Positions 51,101 to 63,752 of a stretch of DNA of 64,000 nt are shown piece by piece. The DNA lies in assembly GCA_907165135.1 (NCBI GenBank), contig OU015566.1, forward strand, positions 11,408,001 through 11,472,000, given 5' to 3'. A model generated the notes under the pieces. The model was not told the DNA's origin, ran no database searches, and saw nothing but the letters and a program-made list of their open reading frames with translations. Each line of letters begins with the position of its first letter. The stretch's first letter is position 1. The position numbers were made by a program, and so were the translations under genes. The stretch is from Oikopleura dioica (Eukaryota; Animalia; Chordata).

Positions 51101-52043
51101 TGCTGACCGTTTAAGGAGCGGATTCGAAATTTGAACAGCATATTTATATTCAACATCGCGTTAATTTCTATAATATCTAGCGATGTTCATGATATAATCC
51201 GTTAACAGACGCAAGTCCGAAAACATCATTTCATCAATGCTCAAAAGTCCTCAAGGTTTGTCAGGAGAAAATGCCAATTTCGGAGAAGGACAACTTTCGC
51301 ATCTGTGGAGATCAACTTGCTTTTATGATGAACTTGCGTTTTCTGCTGCGTGGAGCTGTACTCGAGAAAATCAAAATGCGAAAGCGGTATAAAAACGAGC
51401 AAAATGGCAAATTAAATAACTACTTTTAGATTTGCTTCGAGCAAGTAGAAAAACTCCTGGAAGAAGCAGATGAAAAATGCCAAGGCAACCAAGAAGAAAC
51501 GAGCATTTCAAGCTGGGATGACCTTAGACTGACGGCAAAATACGTTCTCGCACGTTATTCAGGAAGCCTAACACACGTCAAGGTAACTGTCAAGCCACGG
51601 GTTTCTACTGACTAAAAGCGGAAACAATCGGATTTACAAAGAAATCCGGCCTGCGATCAATTATTATGAAATTTCCTAATTTTTAGACCTTTGTTGAAAA
51701 CCTGAATCAAATTGCAAACAATGCTCGACCATGTACAGGAGATTCTGTCGAAAGAACCTCTGCTCAAGCTGCTACTCTTGCTCTTGGACTGTCTCTGGAT
51801 GAGTTCCCGCGTGCGAATGAGTTAACTTACTCGCCCGTTGGTTTCTGGAGACGAAGCCTGATCAAGATGCTCAGCTGCGTGTCGAAGAATATGATCGGGT
51901 TCGGAGCAGATGATGGTGCAGCAATTTTCCACAAAAACTCATTGGCCAATGGAGCTACTTTATGGGGAGCAATCGTAAATGAATCTGGACGAACTAAGAC
52001 GACGATGAACATCGACTTCCTCCTTGCTGCCGCCAGTCTTTAA
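45193..52043 (+). CDS. Secreted modular protein: signal peptide, Sushi/CCP-like module, two CBM2-like modules, catalytically degenerate GH9 domain
   Basis: KLLLLTLSTGICTQG leader; 8-Cys CFLKCQKGF...CRC...CNW module; CSIKILDRWQDG...WTLLIEW...LWNANV. GH9-collinear exons: SILYMESQK|AGK, VPWRGQSTLKDG, DLSGGFFADDGHVK, VQ|VGD, PATDALAGTAGALLAA, FYDELAFSAAW, SWDD, MIGFG, LWGAIV. The start and the linker exons at 47.4-48.8 kb are uncertain. Confidence 0.72.
48976..49319. mobile_element. 344-bp MITE, TTAA TSD, 16-bp TIR (Kolobok-like)
   Basis: TTAA|GGGTGTCCCCAACGAT...ATCGTTGGGGACACCC|TTAA. Confidence 0.9.
50241..50493 (-). CDS. Candidate nested antisense gene encoding a 67-aa single-pass membrane microprotein
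   Basis: MRERNENLEDEVDQFFDRIPQMNFRSTVKILYRIYLR|MNDCDKRVLLFGLMMVIGVFLKNIIWSQRI*, with an in-phase 49-nt GT-AG intron. Lies inside the 49807-50924 intron of the GH9-like gene. Confidence 0.45.
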
Positions 52044-52597
52044 CTAGCTAGAGACTCAACCTTGTAAAGACCTTTTTCTGTACATATTATTTTATAGCAA
52101 TAACACATCATTTCCCGATTGCCAGGGTAATGAAAATTTTTTATGCGCTGAAAAAAAACATTGTAAAATATCTCAACAAAAAAAACTAAAGTGTCAACTT
52201 TACTCAATTTTTTGTGCATTCCAACAATAAAATAAACTTTTTTCTGTGACTTTGAGTCAACCATATTATGGATATGCAGGAGAGAAAAACGAGTTTATTA
52301 GAATAACCCGCAAAACCAGTGAGGAGAAGGCGATTCTTGGTAATACGGGGTCACTGAAAAGACGCTTTTAAAAGATACGAGGATTATTTTTAATATGATA
52401 CCTAGGTAGTTTTACATAATCAATTACGCTCTTACAAGGCTTAAAATTATGACCAGTACTAATATCTTATCGAATTAACTGATGTTGCGTTGCTGTTCTG
52501 TAATGAAAATCGAACCTATGTGACCCTTGTAAGCTTAGGTAAATACGGTGAGGATTTGAGCTAACATGAGCTCGTTCTTCACTTCATATCAACAAAA

Positions 52598-53731
52598 ATG
52601 TCGCTGAAAGGAAGAGTTGCTCTTGTTACAGGAGCAAGTAGAGGAATCGGCCGCGGCTGTGCTAAGGCTCTTGCAGATGAAGGAGCTACTGTCTATATAA
52701 CAGGTCGGAAAATAGAAACTTTGTCTCAAACAGCGAGAGAGATCGGCGGAGAAGTTGTTCCAGTTGCTTGTGATCACTCTGACGATAATCAAGGTAAAGT
52801 GATGGAGTTTTCTTATCTAACAGAAATAAGTCGAGAAATTATTCAAAAGGATCGACGCAGAGAATTCTGGCCGTCTCGATTTATTGGTGAACAACTGTTA
52901 TTCTGGTGTTCCGACTCTATTTGGAATGGAAGGAGAGTCATCCACACCGGTGAATAAGTTCTGGGAGCAGACGCCAAAGATTTGGGATGCAATCAATAAT
53001 GTAGGGCTGAGAGCGAATTATATTGCTTCTGTTTATGCTGCTCGATTGATGGTACCGAGGTACCTTACTTTCTAAAGACATAAAATTTCATCTAAGAATG
53101 AAGAGGAGAGGGCTTAATCGTCAACATGAGCTCTCCAGGTGGACTTAGTTATACATTCAATGTTGCCTACAGTGTCGGAAAAGCAGCTCAAGATCGAATG
53201 GCTCAAGATTTCAACGTCGAACTCAAAGGAACTGGAGTCAAAGCTCTTTCTCTTTGGCCAAGAGCGACTGAAACCGAATTTATGAGAACCAACGTCGTGG
53301 AAACAGGGTTAGTTTATGAAACTAGCTGTTATTCTTGATAAAACAACTTAGCATGACCGAAAAGGCCGTCGACGTTTGGCTTCGAAATCCGTGCTCGAAG
53401 ACTGATTGGCAAAGCATTCAGTGGGTGGGGAAAACTGTAGCTGCTCTTCTGAGCGATCCGAATCTCGATCAGAAAGCTGGTCGGACAATTTGGTGTGATG
53501 ATGTAAGTCGTTTGTCTATCGCTGTTTTGCTAAGAACCCTAGATTGCGAACGAATTCGACATCCGGGAACTCGATGGAAGCAAGGTGACCCACATTCGCT
53601 CTATGAGACACAACATTGTCGCATACAATGAGGGGCGATTTCCTTGGTACTTGGCCCTGATTCCTGAAGGGCTTTTCATTCCTCAATGGCTTTTTAACTT
53701 TGGTCTTTGGGTCAAAGGAAATAAATTCTAA
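52598..53731 (+). CDS. DHRS1: Dehydrogenase/reductase SDR family member 1
   Basis: VALVTGASRGIG, ATVYITGR, CDHSDD, LVNN, NNVGLRANY, GLIVNMSSPGGLSYTFNVAYSVGKAAQDRMA, SLWP; ends GNKF*. Confidence 0.92.
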
Positions 53732-54299
53732 TTCATGCAAAAAAGAATAAATGCGCTTTCAGAATATTGAAAAGTCAAGCATCAAGCTGATTTCGAAATC
53801 ATTGAGAAAGAAGCTTGATTGAAGCGGATTACATGTCAATTTTTATGTATTTTTTAAATTACAAATCTTTTTAGTTCAGTAAGAAATTGTGTCTCGTCGA
53901 AGAAACAGGAATAATTTTTTTTTTTCAAGAAACAGTGAAAGAAATTTTGATGCTTTTTTAGATAGCTGAAGAGGAAATAGAAGGATTCTGTTGTTTTTAG
54001 GTTGTGTCTCACTGATGCAGTTAATTTTGAAAATTGTTTTGGAGGGGGTCTATTTTTGGCTAATAGTCTTTTGATTTTTTGGTAGTTTAGCTTTCGAAAT
54101 CGATGGAACAGGGGTTGATGGACGCTGCTGCTGGTCGTGAATGAGTTTTGGAGGAATTTGCCGACTTCGTTTTCGGCGAAAAGCAACAATTGCACAAAGC
54201 TACAAAAGTAACGCTCGCTGGAAAAGGAGGGTTGAGCTAACCTGGACGAATGAAGATAGAGACTGAATGAAAGTTTTTTTTTATATTTTTCGTTGTATT

Positions 54300-55430
54300 T
54301 TAGTTTGATCCACAGCATGGTTTCTTTTGATTCGATGACTCGCCGAGATTAACATTGTTAGCTGCTCCGGACTGTGTTTCTTTCTTTGGGAGTTTTTTAG
54401 CTGAAAATATTCGTCAGTTACAGTCTTACAGTCATAAAGCTGGGCTTACCTATTTGTAAAAAGAGGTCATTGACATTAAGCGCAGTCTTGGCCGACGTTT
54501 CCATGAATAAAAGATTATTTTCTTTGGCATAAACTTCTGCATCCTAAATTAACGGTCAGGAAAGAAAGGGGGTAAGAAAAGAGGGTTCAAATAAATGAGG
54601 TTATGTAAAAAAAACGATGCGTGGAAGGATCACTTTACGGAAAATACTCTGTGTAATCGTGTAAAGCGATTTAATGGAATTATTGACTTGATAAGATCTA
54701 AATCCATTTTCAAAATCCGAAAAAATGAAACCCAAAACGCGTAAGAACGCTAAATCAACTACTTGAGGGTCGAGCCCGCTTGCTGGAGATTTACCTCTGT
54801 TTCGACCTCTCTCTTTGCGGCGAGATCAGCTTTGTTGCCAGCGAGTGCGATCACAATATCTTGATTTGCTTGTTGACGAAGTTCCTTTACCCAGGCCTGT
54901 GCGCGGCTGAATGTGTCTGGACATTGAATATCGTAAACTACCACCGCTGCTTGTGCTCCTCTAGAATTTTGATAGTTAGCAAGAGATAGAAAAAGGTGGA
55001 GACGGCCTAACACTTCGGCAAATGAGGGTGAAAATGAGCTTATCTACGTTTTTGTAAAGAAAATCAAAAGATATTGATTGAACAAACCTGTAATACATTG
55101 GCGCAAGACTGTGATATCGCTCCTGTCCGGCGGTGTCCCAGATTTCGAATTTGACAGTGACATCGTCAAGACAGACCGTCTGTGTTAAAAAGGCAGCTCC
55201 GATTGTTGATTCTTGATGATCCTGTAAAATGAGAATTGAATTAATTCAACCGTCTCTCACTTATTATTCAGCTCGAGCGTTTGTTCTGCTCTTTTGAGCT
55301 GAGATGACATTACCTTGAACTCTCCCTTGACGAATCTGAGGACAAGGGAGGATTTGCCGACGGCGGCTTCGCCCAGAAGCACGAGCTTGAACTGAATGAT
55401 CTTGTTTGTAGCTGGTCGCGGGGCCGCCAT
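54300..55430 (-). CDS. RAB5: Rab5 GTPase (canonical)
   Basis: [72 protein letters not shown]; ends PCCGSN*. Confidence 0.97.
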
Positions 55431-56955
55431 TTTTGTTACTCTTTTGGAGTTTTGGTGAGCGCGTTCGAGCTACTCAACCTCAAACAATCTGAAAGAGCTT
55501 TTGTTAAAAAATGAGACGACAACAGGAGAAATCGAAAGAGTTCATTTTGGACCAAAAAAAAGTCTGATTGAGGCCACTAGATGTCGATCCATGAATAGAA
55601 ATCCTCTATTAAAATCTCTGACTATTCAATCTGGGAAAATTTCGCGTTTTACGTATAAAAAATCATTTTCTTCGAGAAAGAAGTCGTAAAAATAGTGAGA
55701 AAAACAAAGGACAGAAGATCAATCTCATGACTATTTGTCATTACGTCTAAAAAACGGCCATTTTTTTGTACATTACGTCATCACTTCTATTGTTGATGAT
55801 AGTTATTTCCGTGTTTTCTCTTTATTTCAGGTGAATATTCTCATGATTCAAAAAATGCTTTTGGAAGCTTAGAAAAAAGTGATTTTTGGCCGGGCAAGAT
55901 TGTTTTTCACGAGTCGATGTTTGCATTTCACAGCGAAACTGAGGAAACTTCAGATTCTATTTGAAAGCAGCTTTTTACGTCGAAAAAAGCAAGAGGGTTG
56001 AAATACCCGAAATAATGATATTATATCGGAATAAAATGTTATTCTTAAATAAACAGTAAAATTTATCAATTTTGAGACGGTCGTAATCCACAAGAGTAAA
56101 TTATGAGTGACCACCGTGGGTTTTACGAGAAGCTGAATCATAATTATGATTCTTTTTATTCACAAATAAGCATGTTTGATTAATGGAGTCACCAAGAGAA
56201 TCTGAAACATCATCAAAACAAGATCTCTGCTAAGAGAACTAAGATTTCCTTCATAAAATATCCAGATAAAATACAGAACTTCTGAAGGCTGTTCAACTTT
56301 ACTTTTTAGATAACCTTTACGAAATAATTCATATAATAAGATTCTTTTAACTATCCTAGCTCCAACAGATCTCACTGTAAATACAGTTAATCATTAATTA
56401 ATGATTCTTTTCTTTCTTCAAAAGAGTCTCTAGAAATCCTCATTTTTGCCCAAAGAAAGATGCTTTTTTGCCCGCGAGCGTGTTATTTATGAACTGGCGT
56501 GTTTTCGACTCGAAAACGCGGCCAATTTCGACCCGAAAGAGCTCCCTTTTCTTCTGCCTCTTTCTTTTCTCTCGATCTGATTGGGCAGAAGGGGGCTACA
56601 AGCAGAGATACAGACAGGCCCGTCTCTTGGCTGAGACGAAGAGTTGATTGTCAGTTTTTTAGCGCTTGGGCTTTCTTGTGTGATTGGAGCGAGTCGTTAT
56701 TCAGACAAATGAGTCATCAATCGCCTACGGCCAATTGGAGATCAGCAGCGCAAATCTCCGACTCTTCCCAATTCCCGGAGGTCCGAGACTGGTCGATAAC
56801 GCAAACATATTTTTACTGTAGATTTTGTATTCATTACGTCATCATCACAGTGCATTTCCAGAGATCATTATTTAAAAATTCACTCGTTGATTGATTGATT
56901 GAATCGTAAATTTATTATCAATAATCATCTCAAGTAATCGGAAAACATGCTTTCT

Positions 56956-57473
56956 TTACTCTTTGTTGTCTTCTTTGTCTTTCTTCTTCTTTTCGTCCTA
57001 AATTTATTGTCTCGATTCGACAAGGTAAAAGAAGATGTTAATGGTACCTTCTTCGAAGATTTCTGTTCCAATAGAGAAAGTTTGATAGCCCGTTCTACGG
57101 CCTCTTCATCATAGGGATCCATTTTCATGCTTGCTGGGTCTTCCGGCCCGGAAGATTCCGGGTCGCCGTCTTCGGAGGAGGACTCGTTGTCGTCGTCTTT
57201 CTTCTTGTTGTTGTCCTAAATTAACGATCAATAAATTTGTTTTCGGATTTTTTTTCTTCGACTAAGTAACGATACCTGTTGAGAAGGCTGCTGTTCCAAC
57301 AAAGAAAGTCGTATGCCACACTCGATAGCATCTTGGTCGAATTCGTCGGCATCTGTTTTCATACTAGCTGGTTCTTCCTGGAGGATAGCGAGCCTCGCGG
57401 CCCTGCTCACTCTTCGATTCAGCGATTTTCGGGCTGTTCGCTTCTTTTTCTTGAGGTTTTTCTTGGGTGCCAT
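56956..57473 (-). CDS. Small protein with a basic N-terminus and two UIM-like motifs on duplicated exons
   Basis: MAPKKNLKKKKR...DQDAIECGIRLSLLEQ|...DEEAVERAIKLSLLEQ|DEKKKKDKEDNKE*. Two phase-0 GT-AG introns. Confidence 0.7.
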
Positions 57474-58332
57474 GGCCGACTATGCTCTTGTCACTTACCA
57501 AATATCCCGAATGAAACAAATTCCAAATTCAATCAATACAGATATAAAAATAATCTGCTCTAGAAACCTGCAAATACAAAAAAACGCGATGTGAAAGTAA
57601 TAGTTTATTAAAATAAGACCTTATCAGCATCATTCTGAGGAAATTATTTTAGTCACTGCAGTTTTCTTTTTGAAAAAGATACACATTCCATCGGATTTGT
57701 ATAATAATAAAACACACCATAATTTGTTAAATACGTTTTTTAACATTTTTTCTTTCCAAAAAGAATATTTTTGATTCTTCACTTGGAAACGTTCTTGTTT
57801 TGTTATCTCAATCTTAGAGCACATTTTTAAGGCATTTGTTTACCAACGAGCTTGAAACGGTCATAATTAGCTGAAAAGGGGTAAAATCGGTATTTGTTGT
57901 TTTTGAACATAAGCTTCATTAAAATGGGGGGTTGTAAGCGAAAGAAAAACATGTATGGAAGAAAGCAGGGGGTTATTGCGCTGAGAAAAAAGGGAGGAAT
58001 TTTATAGGAGACATATGAACAAGAGAACATGGAATAGCGGCTCATATGCTTTGCTATTACTCGGAACGCTCATTTTAAAACCACCCTGAAATAAGGGAAA
58101 ATGAGACAGTATAATGTTGAATTATTACCAAAAGACATTACAGCCTGTAATATCTTCTTGAAAATTCTCACTGATAAAAAACTATCTGTCACTTCGCTGT
58201 GCCGGCAGGGGAAACAAGTGGTTATTTGAAAACATGTTGAAATTTTTTAAAGGTTGACCACTACTTGATATACAGATAAGATGAAAATTGTTCTACAGAC
58301 GTTTTCCCCCAGCGGCTTTTTGCGGATTTGAC

Positions 58333-58787
58333 CAGGGCTGGCAAATTAGGGTCCTAACAGCTGCACTACCGAAAAATTGTTAGGGTTCTAACTGAAAATT
58401 AGTGCTAATTAGTGCGGCATCCCCGTCCTACCCGTCCTATTTTTTTTCCTTGATATTTTTTCGTCTATTAGGACTGAATCGCCGCCCTAACCGTACTAAT
58501 TATGAGGCTCTTTTTCATCATCCAATCGGCGCGCGCTTCCCACCAGGCGCGGAGGACAAATTGGTGGAAGATTGAAAAAAGAATGGAGCTGATTGGATGA
58601 GAAAAACGAATGACCCGCCATGATTGGCGGACCAATAAGCGCGCGCCTCGTTTAGGACGATTTTAGTGCGGCTTTTTCCAACTCGTACTACTCGCACTAA
58701 AAATTTATAAAATGAGAGTTAGGGTTCTAAAAATAGGGTTCTAACTCAAATTAGTGCGGCTGGCGGGACCCTAATTTGCCAGCCCTG
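58333..58787. mobile_element. 455-bp hAT-type MITE
   Basis: 22-bp perfect TIR cagggctggcaaattagggtcc; 8-bp TSD gatttgac on both sides; subterminal tagggttctaa and tagtgcggc repeats. Confidence 0.95.
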
Positions 58788-58976
58788 GATTTGACAGTTT
58801 TTTTTGACAAAAAGACGGGTCGGCTTTAGGATTAGAACAGGGACGATTCAGATAGGGGGGATGAAAGGATTATTCTGAATATACTTCTGTACAAAGTAGT
58901 ATATAAATATATAATATTCGTCTATCAATATTGTGCAACTATCGAAATCAGATGCTGATGGTTCTGAGCCGTCGGC

Positions 58977-61900
58977 TTAGCAGCTTCTGTCCGGTATTTC
59001 GCGCGAGGTGGAAGATTTTGCCTGAGAAAAAATGTAAAGAAATTTTATGAATTGGCGATTCTTACTTGAACTTGAAGAGCATCGGCGTTTGCCAGTTGGC
59101 GTCAAAGAGTAGTCAATGATATCTTTGAAAAGCTTTAGGAGCTTTTCGTCTTTCTTTTCGTCGGGTTGATTTGTTTCCAGTCGGTCAATCACTGGATTCA
59201 AATTCGATTCGTAGCAGTGAACCTTTTTCCACAAAACTTCTTCGTCTTGTAGGTCGAACTAAATCAGATTTGAACAAACATTATGAACTCATGACATAAG
59301 AAAGAAAGGGACTAGATGACTTTGACATGTCTTTGTTGATGTCAAAGAAGACTCTTTTCTGTGGACATGTCAAATGTTAATGAACTTACATCGGGGGAAA
59401 AGACATCTCCATGGAACCCATAAGAGCTTGGGTGATAGAAGAAAATGTTGTCGTTTACGGCAGCACTTTCAGCTTCATCGAGGAGGTCGAATTTGGTCAT
59501 GACAAGCATGATCGGGCACTCTAATAAGAATGTGAATAGAGAAAGCTTGTAAATAAAATCGTACTCATTGCTTTTTCATCCTTGGATTCTTCCTTGGCGC
59601 GGATGATCGCCTTGAAGAGATTTACATTTGGGCGCTCGTCCGCCGCCGCAACGTACAAGATCATGTCAATCTGACTGTCTTTCATCGGCGTTCGATATCT
59701 GTGAGGAGTTAGCTTGTGCGCTGGTGGAATTCGCTCTTACCGCTTCTTGCAAATCTCGTCGGGCAAAAGCAGCGCCTGGCTGAGGTTGCTCGGGTGAAGG
59801 CGTCCCTCGAGAATGTAGCGAAGCAACAGAGCTTGGTGAGCTTCGTCGTGGATCGTGTCGAATCCACGAGTATCCCACATGACTACTCGACCGCAGTGAT
59901 CCTCAGCAGATCGTTTCCACTAAAAAACAACGATGTTATTACTGTGTACAGGTTACACGCTTCAGACAAATTTTAACAAGCCCCTTCCGAAAATTCTTAG
60001 GGCAAATATTTGGTCGTTTATGATTTCACCGCTCATTTATGTAAACATCTCTTGCAGTTTCTACTCTAGTTTTCTGCTGCCTTTTCAGAATACAAATACA
60101 GCTTTGCTTACCGTGGGGTCAAAGTGTCGATGGCGTGGCCGATAGCCGCCGTTATTGGCGTCCGAGACGGTTCGATGACGTCGGTGATGTTCTGGATTCT
60201 CGTAGAGTACAACGGGATTCAAGTTGTGAGCGCGCCCAGTGCCGTAAGGAGCTCGATCCACCCACTCGCCAGTTACAGACATCAACAACGAGTTGATGAG
60301 GGTCGTTTTTCCGGAGTCGTGTGGACCGATCACAAGTACATTCAAGGGGTCTAAAGTTTTTATAAAAAAATTGTCTCGTCGAAAATACAGGATAAAGAAG
60401 ACACGGCGAGGATTAAAGAACATAATAAAGATGTCTGGAGTCTCCTTTTGTGGCAAGTGATAAGAGCTCAGATGGATTATTGGAGGATTAGCTTTTTAAA
60501 TTACGTCGTATGGGCTCGAGAAAATGCTCGGAAAAGCGAAATAAACTACAGGAGATGATCTCGATAAGACAATCTCAAAACAAAAATTTTCTTTGAACAA
60601 AAAATTGAACAAGATTTTACGATTATTACCTGTAATGTACTGAAGAGCTTTTCGAATACAAGTGTTGTCTTTCGATCGACCTTCAGGGAGAACTCTAAGG
60701 CTCTCCCGTCGTTCGATGAGCTCCGAAACATATCCTGGAACAACAGGAGTTCGTCTGATAGATGATGAGTTGTATCTCTGTCTCGGGTGCCTCTCTAGAA
60801 TTTTTATCAGCTTACAATAAATTCGCCATATAATTGCGCTGCGCTCTGATTTTCGTAATCGGGTCATTCAGTTTCAGATTTTAATAAAATATTCTCAATT
60901 GTTTGTAATAGATTTTTTCGATAGTGGAAAGTCGAAGCGGAATCGCAAGAAAAGCCCACGTGATTAGGTGGTTATATATTTACTGAGCGCAGCATGTGAA
61001 AATTGCAAAACGCCGGTTTGCTTATTGCGTGATACTACTAGTAGCCTTTGCCCCTGTTACAGACGGGATTTACAGTCGATTAAGCGAGGACGTCTACTGA
61101 AGGCGACTTACGGTGAGGGATCATCAGGGGCTTGGGAGACGTAGACGGCGAAGAGGATGAAGAATCGAAGGCTTCTTCTTCGAACACCGGCTGTTCCAGG
61201 ATGTCGATCTCGGACATTTTCATGTGCCGGAAGTCGCTGAATGGACATTTTTGCTAAGCTTGATGAATAAACAAAGGCAACTTTTGAAGATTATTAGCGT
61301 GGAAAGTAAATTTATCCTTCAGACAACGCCCTAGCGAAATGTTAGTCAAACATTTCTTCGAAGTTATAAGAAGGGCAAATCCTTAAGAGTCATGTGAGCA
61401 CCTCCATGGTAACCTCCTCATTTGTACAGGGGTGGCTCGGGAAAAGGTCAAGATTACGTTTATCCATCTTTAACCCATCCTTCTCAAATTGACGAAACGG
61501 GACTAGAAAATGAACTCGGAACTGTAGGTGTGATTTTGATAGCCGAATCAACATTGATTTTTTTATCATCGTCTGAGAAAAAGGGTGTGACTTAGACGGA
61601 AAGAAAGACTCCTGTGATGATATCTGGAAAGTCAGAGGAGGGGTTGAGACTCACGGGTTCGAAAATGATTGATGAGAAGTTAATCGAATTATTTGATGAA
61701 GGGCAATTTATTCAAAGAACTAGGGACTTGTGGTTTTTGTCCTGTTTTGAATAGCCTATTCACGTGACTCGCACATTATGTAAGATTTACAAGTTCTTTT
61801 TCGAAGATTTAATACCTTAGATCGTCGAAAAGGTCATCTTCTTCCCTCGACTCCTGGCTGAAGTGGTTGGGAGTTGACTGAACTCGTCGAAGCTGCTTGA

Positions 61901-62030
61901 TATCTTTCGCCTTCGAAGAGTCGTTGTTGTTGACTTCTTTGTCGAAGCTCTCCTGCGAGTTCTCCGAGCTAGACATCTCGTCGGTCTGGTAGCCAGAACT
62001 CGGAAAACTGCTGCAGTAGCGGATCGAGGA
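58977..62030 (-). CDS. IFI44-like P-loop GTPase with a long Ser/acidic N-terminal region (5' exons may reach ~62720)
   Basis: VLVIGPHDSGKTTLINSL (G1), VVMWDTRGF (G3), YILEGRL, IDMILYV, LVMTKFD (G4). N-terminal exon connections are not fully resolved. Confidence 0.7.
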
Positions 62031-63292
62031 GCCGCGTCTTAAAATTTCGTTTATTTTTTATCTCTATTTTATCAATTATCGACTTACATAAGTAGAATGT
62101 ATATTGCAAAATATTTTAATTAATTTTCTCGTTTAGCTTGTTTCTCGACAAAAAAAAGAGATATTCAGATTTGACCAATGGAGATCAATCACATTTTTGA
62201 TTGAAACCAGAAGGAGCTGGAGCTACTACTGAGTGTACACAAAGAAAGGAAAGAAGAAAAAAACGACGCTATTCGATTTTAGTGAGGGCGAAATTAAGTA
62301 TTTATTGAGAACACATCAATTAAAGAAAACTTTTTTTTATGTGAAAGGCATGGAAAATTTTAACGGTTTGCTAAATATTCCGTTTAGGTCCTTAACTTCT
62401 CTGTTTAAAACTCCAGCTAAATTTGAATAAGGAATTATTTCTCCTAGATCCAGTGCTCACTTCCCACTGGCCGGATCAACTCTGCCCCCAGGGAAGATTC
62501 AAGATAGTAAAACGAGTGAATTAAAGAGCCCAAGAGACTTTTCCAAACATGCTTACCTTTCACTCTTCTGTTGTTTCATCGGAATGTCGACGCATTCAGA
62601 GACTTCTTCTTTCTCTTCGTAAATCACGTTCATGTTCATTGCTGGTTGATTTGTTACTGTTTGGTTATTACAGGAGTGCGGCGGTAGCTGCTTAATTGTT
62701 TGTTGGCTCTTTTGAAAATTGAAAAATTCTAGGAGGTGGTTGTCTGTTTGGAAAGTATAAAAAGGGAATGTTATGCTTTCGAACTTTTGAATGGAGGATA
62801 TATATTTCGAATTAACTTTGTCCCCGATGGCGCTAATGCGGTTAGCGAAGCTCTGAACGGCTCGAGGTCGCTAAAGTGGTGCCTTGGACTTACTACTCCG
62901 GTAGTCAAGCCACTCCAGCCTGGCGTGGTCGAGCCGAAATTACAATTTTATGGCGCGTGGTTAATTTTGGTAATTTTGACTTTTTCGGCGATTATCATAA
63001 TTTCTTCAATTGAAAGTAGAGTTGATTAAAATTTGAGCATCACAAACTCAAATCAAACCCTCCCCTATCCCAAGAACCCTAAACCTATCTAAAAGCATCA
63101 GCGAGAAAAGAGTAAACTTGAAGTCATAAAAAAACATATTTTCTCTGAGAAAACTTACTGATTCTTCTATTTTGATCATTTTGTGGACTGATCTTCATAA
63201 AAGAATGAAAAAGAATCGATACATAAAAAAAGCTTTTCCTTGAAAAAACACGTAGTGAGCACTAATAATCGACTCTTTTGGACCGTCAGAAT

Positions 63293-63752
63293 CAGGGTGG
63301 CTATTTTGGATTTGGGGGTTAGTTGGAATTGGATTGGATCCAATCCAATAAGGTTTGGATGGAATTTGGATGGCCAGGGTACCGGATTTTGTTGGGAAAA
63401 ATTGGGCAATTGGGGGAAATTGGGGAATTGGATCCAATAAAAAATATGTCGCTAAACTATGCAAAGAAGGGTCATTTTCATGATTAAAATGAACAATTTC
63501 GGATAAAAATCATTGTTTTGGCTATGTTGATCCTCCTTTCGGATAAAAACTAACTGTTTCGCTTCTTTTCAAAGTACTAAAAGCCTTGGAAAAATTGGAA
63601 ATCCAATTGGATCTAATTGGAATTGGGGATTTTTGGGGAATTGGGTAATAATTGGATTGGGTTGGATTTTGGATGGATAGCTTGGACTCAAAATTTATTG
63701 GATGGAAATTGGATGGCCAGACCCCAAAATTTTGTCCAAAATAGCCACCCTG
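63293..63752. mobile_element. 460-bp hAT-type MITE with AATTGG subterminal repeats
   Basis: 18-bp TIR cagggtggctattttgga; 8-bp TSD gtcagaat on both sides. Confidence 0.95.

Noticed and set aside
56520-56800. GC-richer segment with small hairpins, considered as tRNA, snRNA or SL RNA
   Set aside because: No cloverleaf, A/B boxes or recognisable snRNA/SL sequence; looks like promoter DNA.
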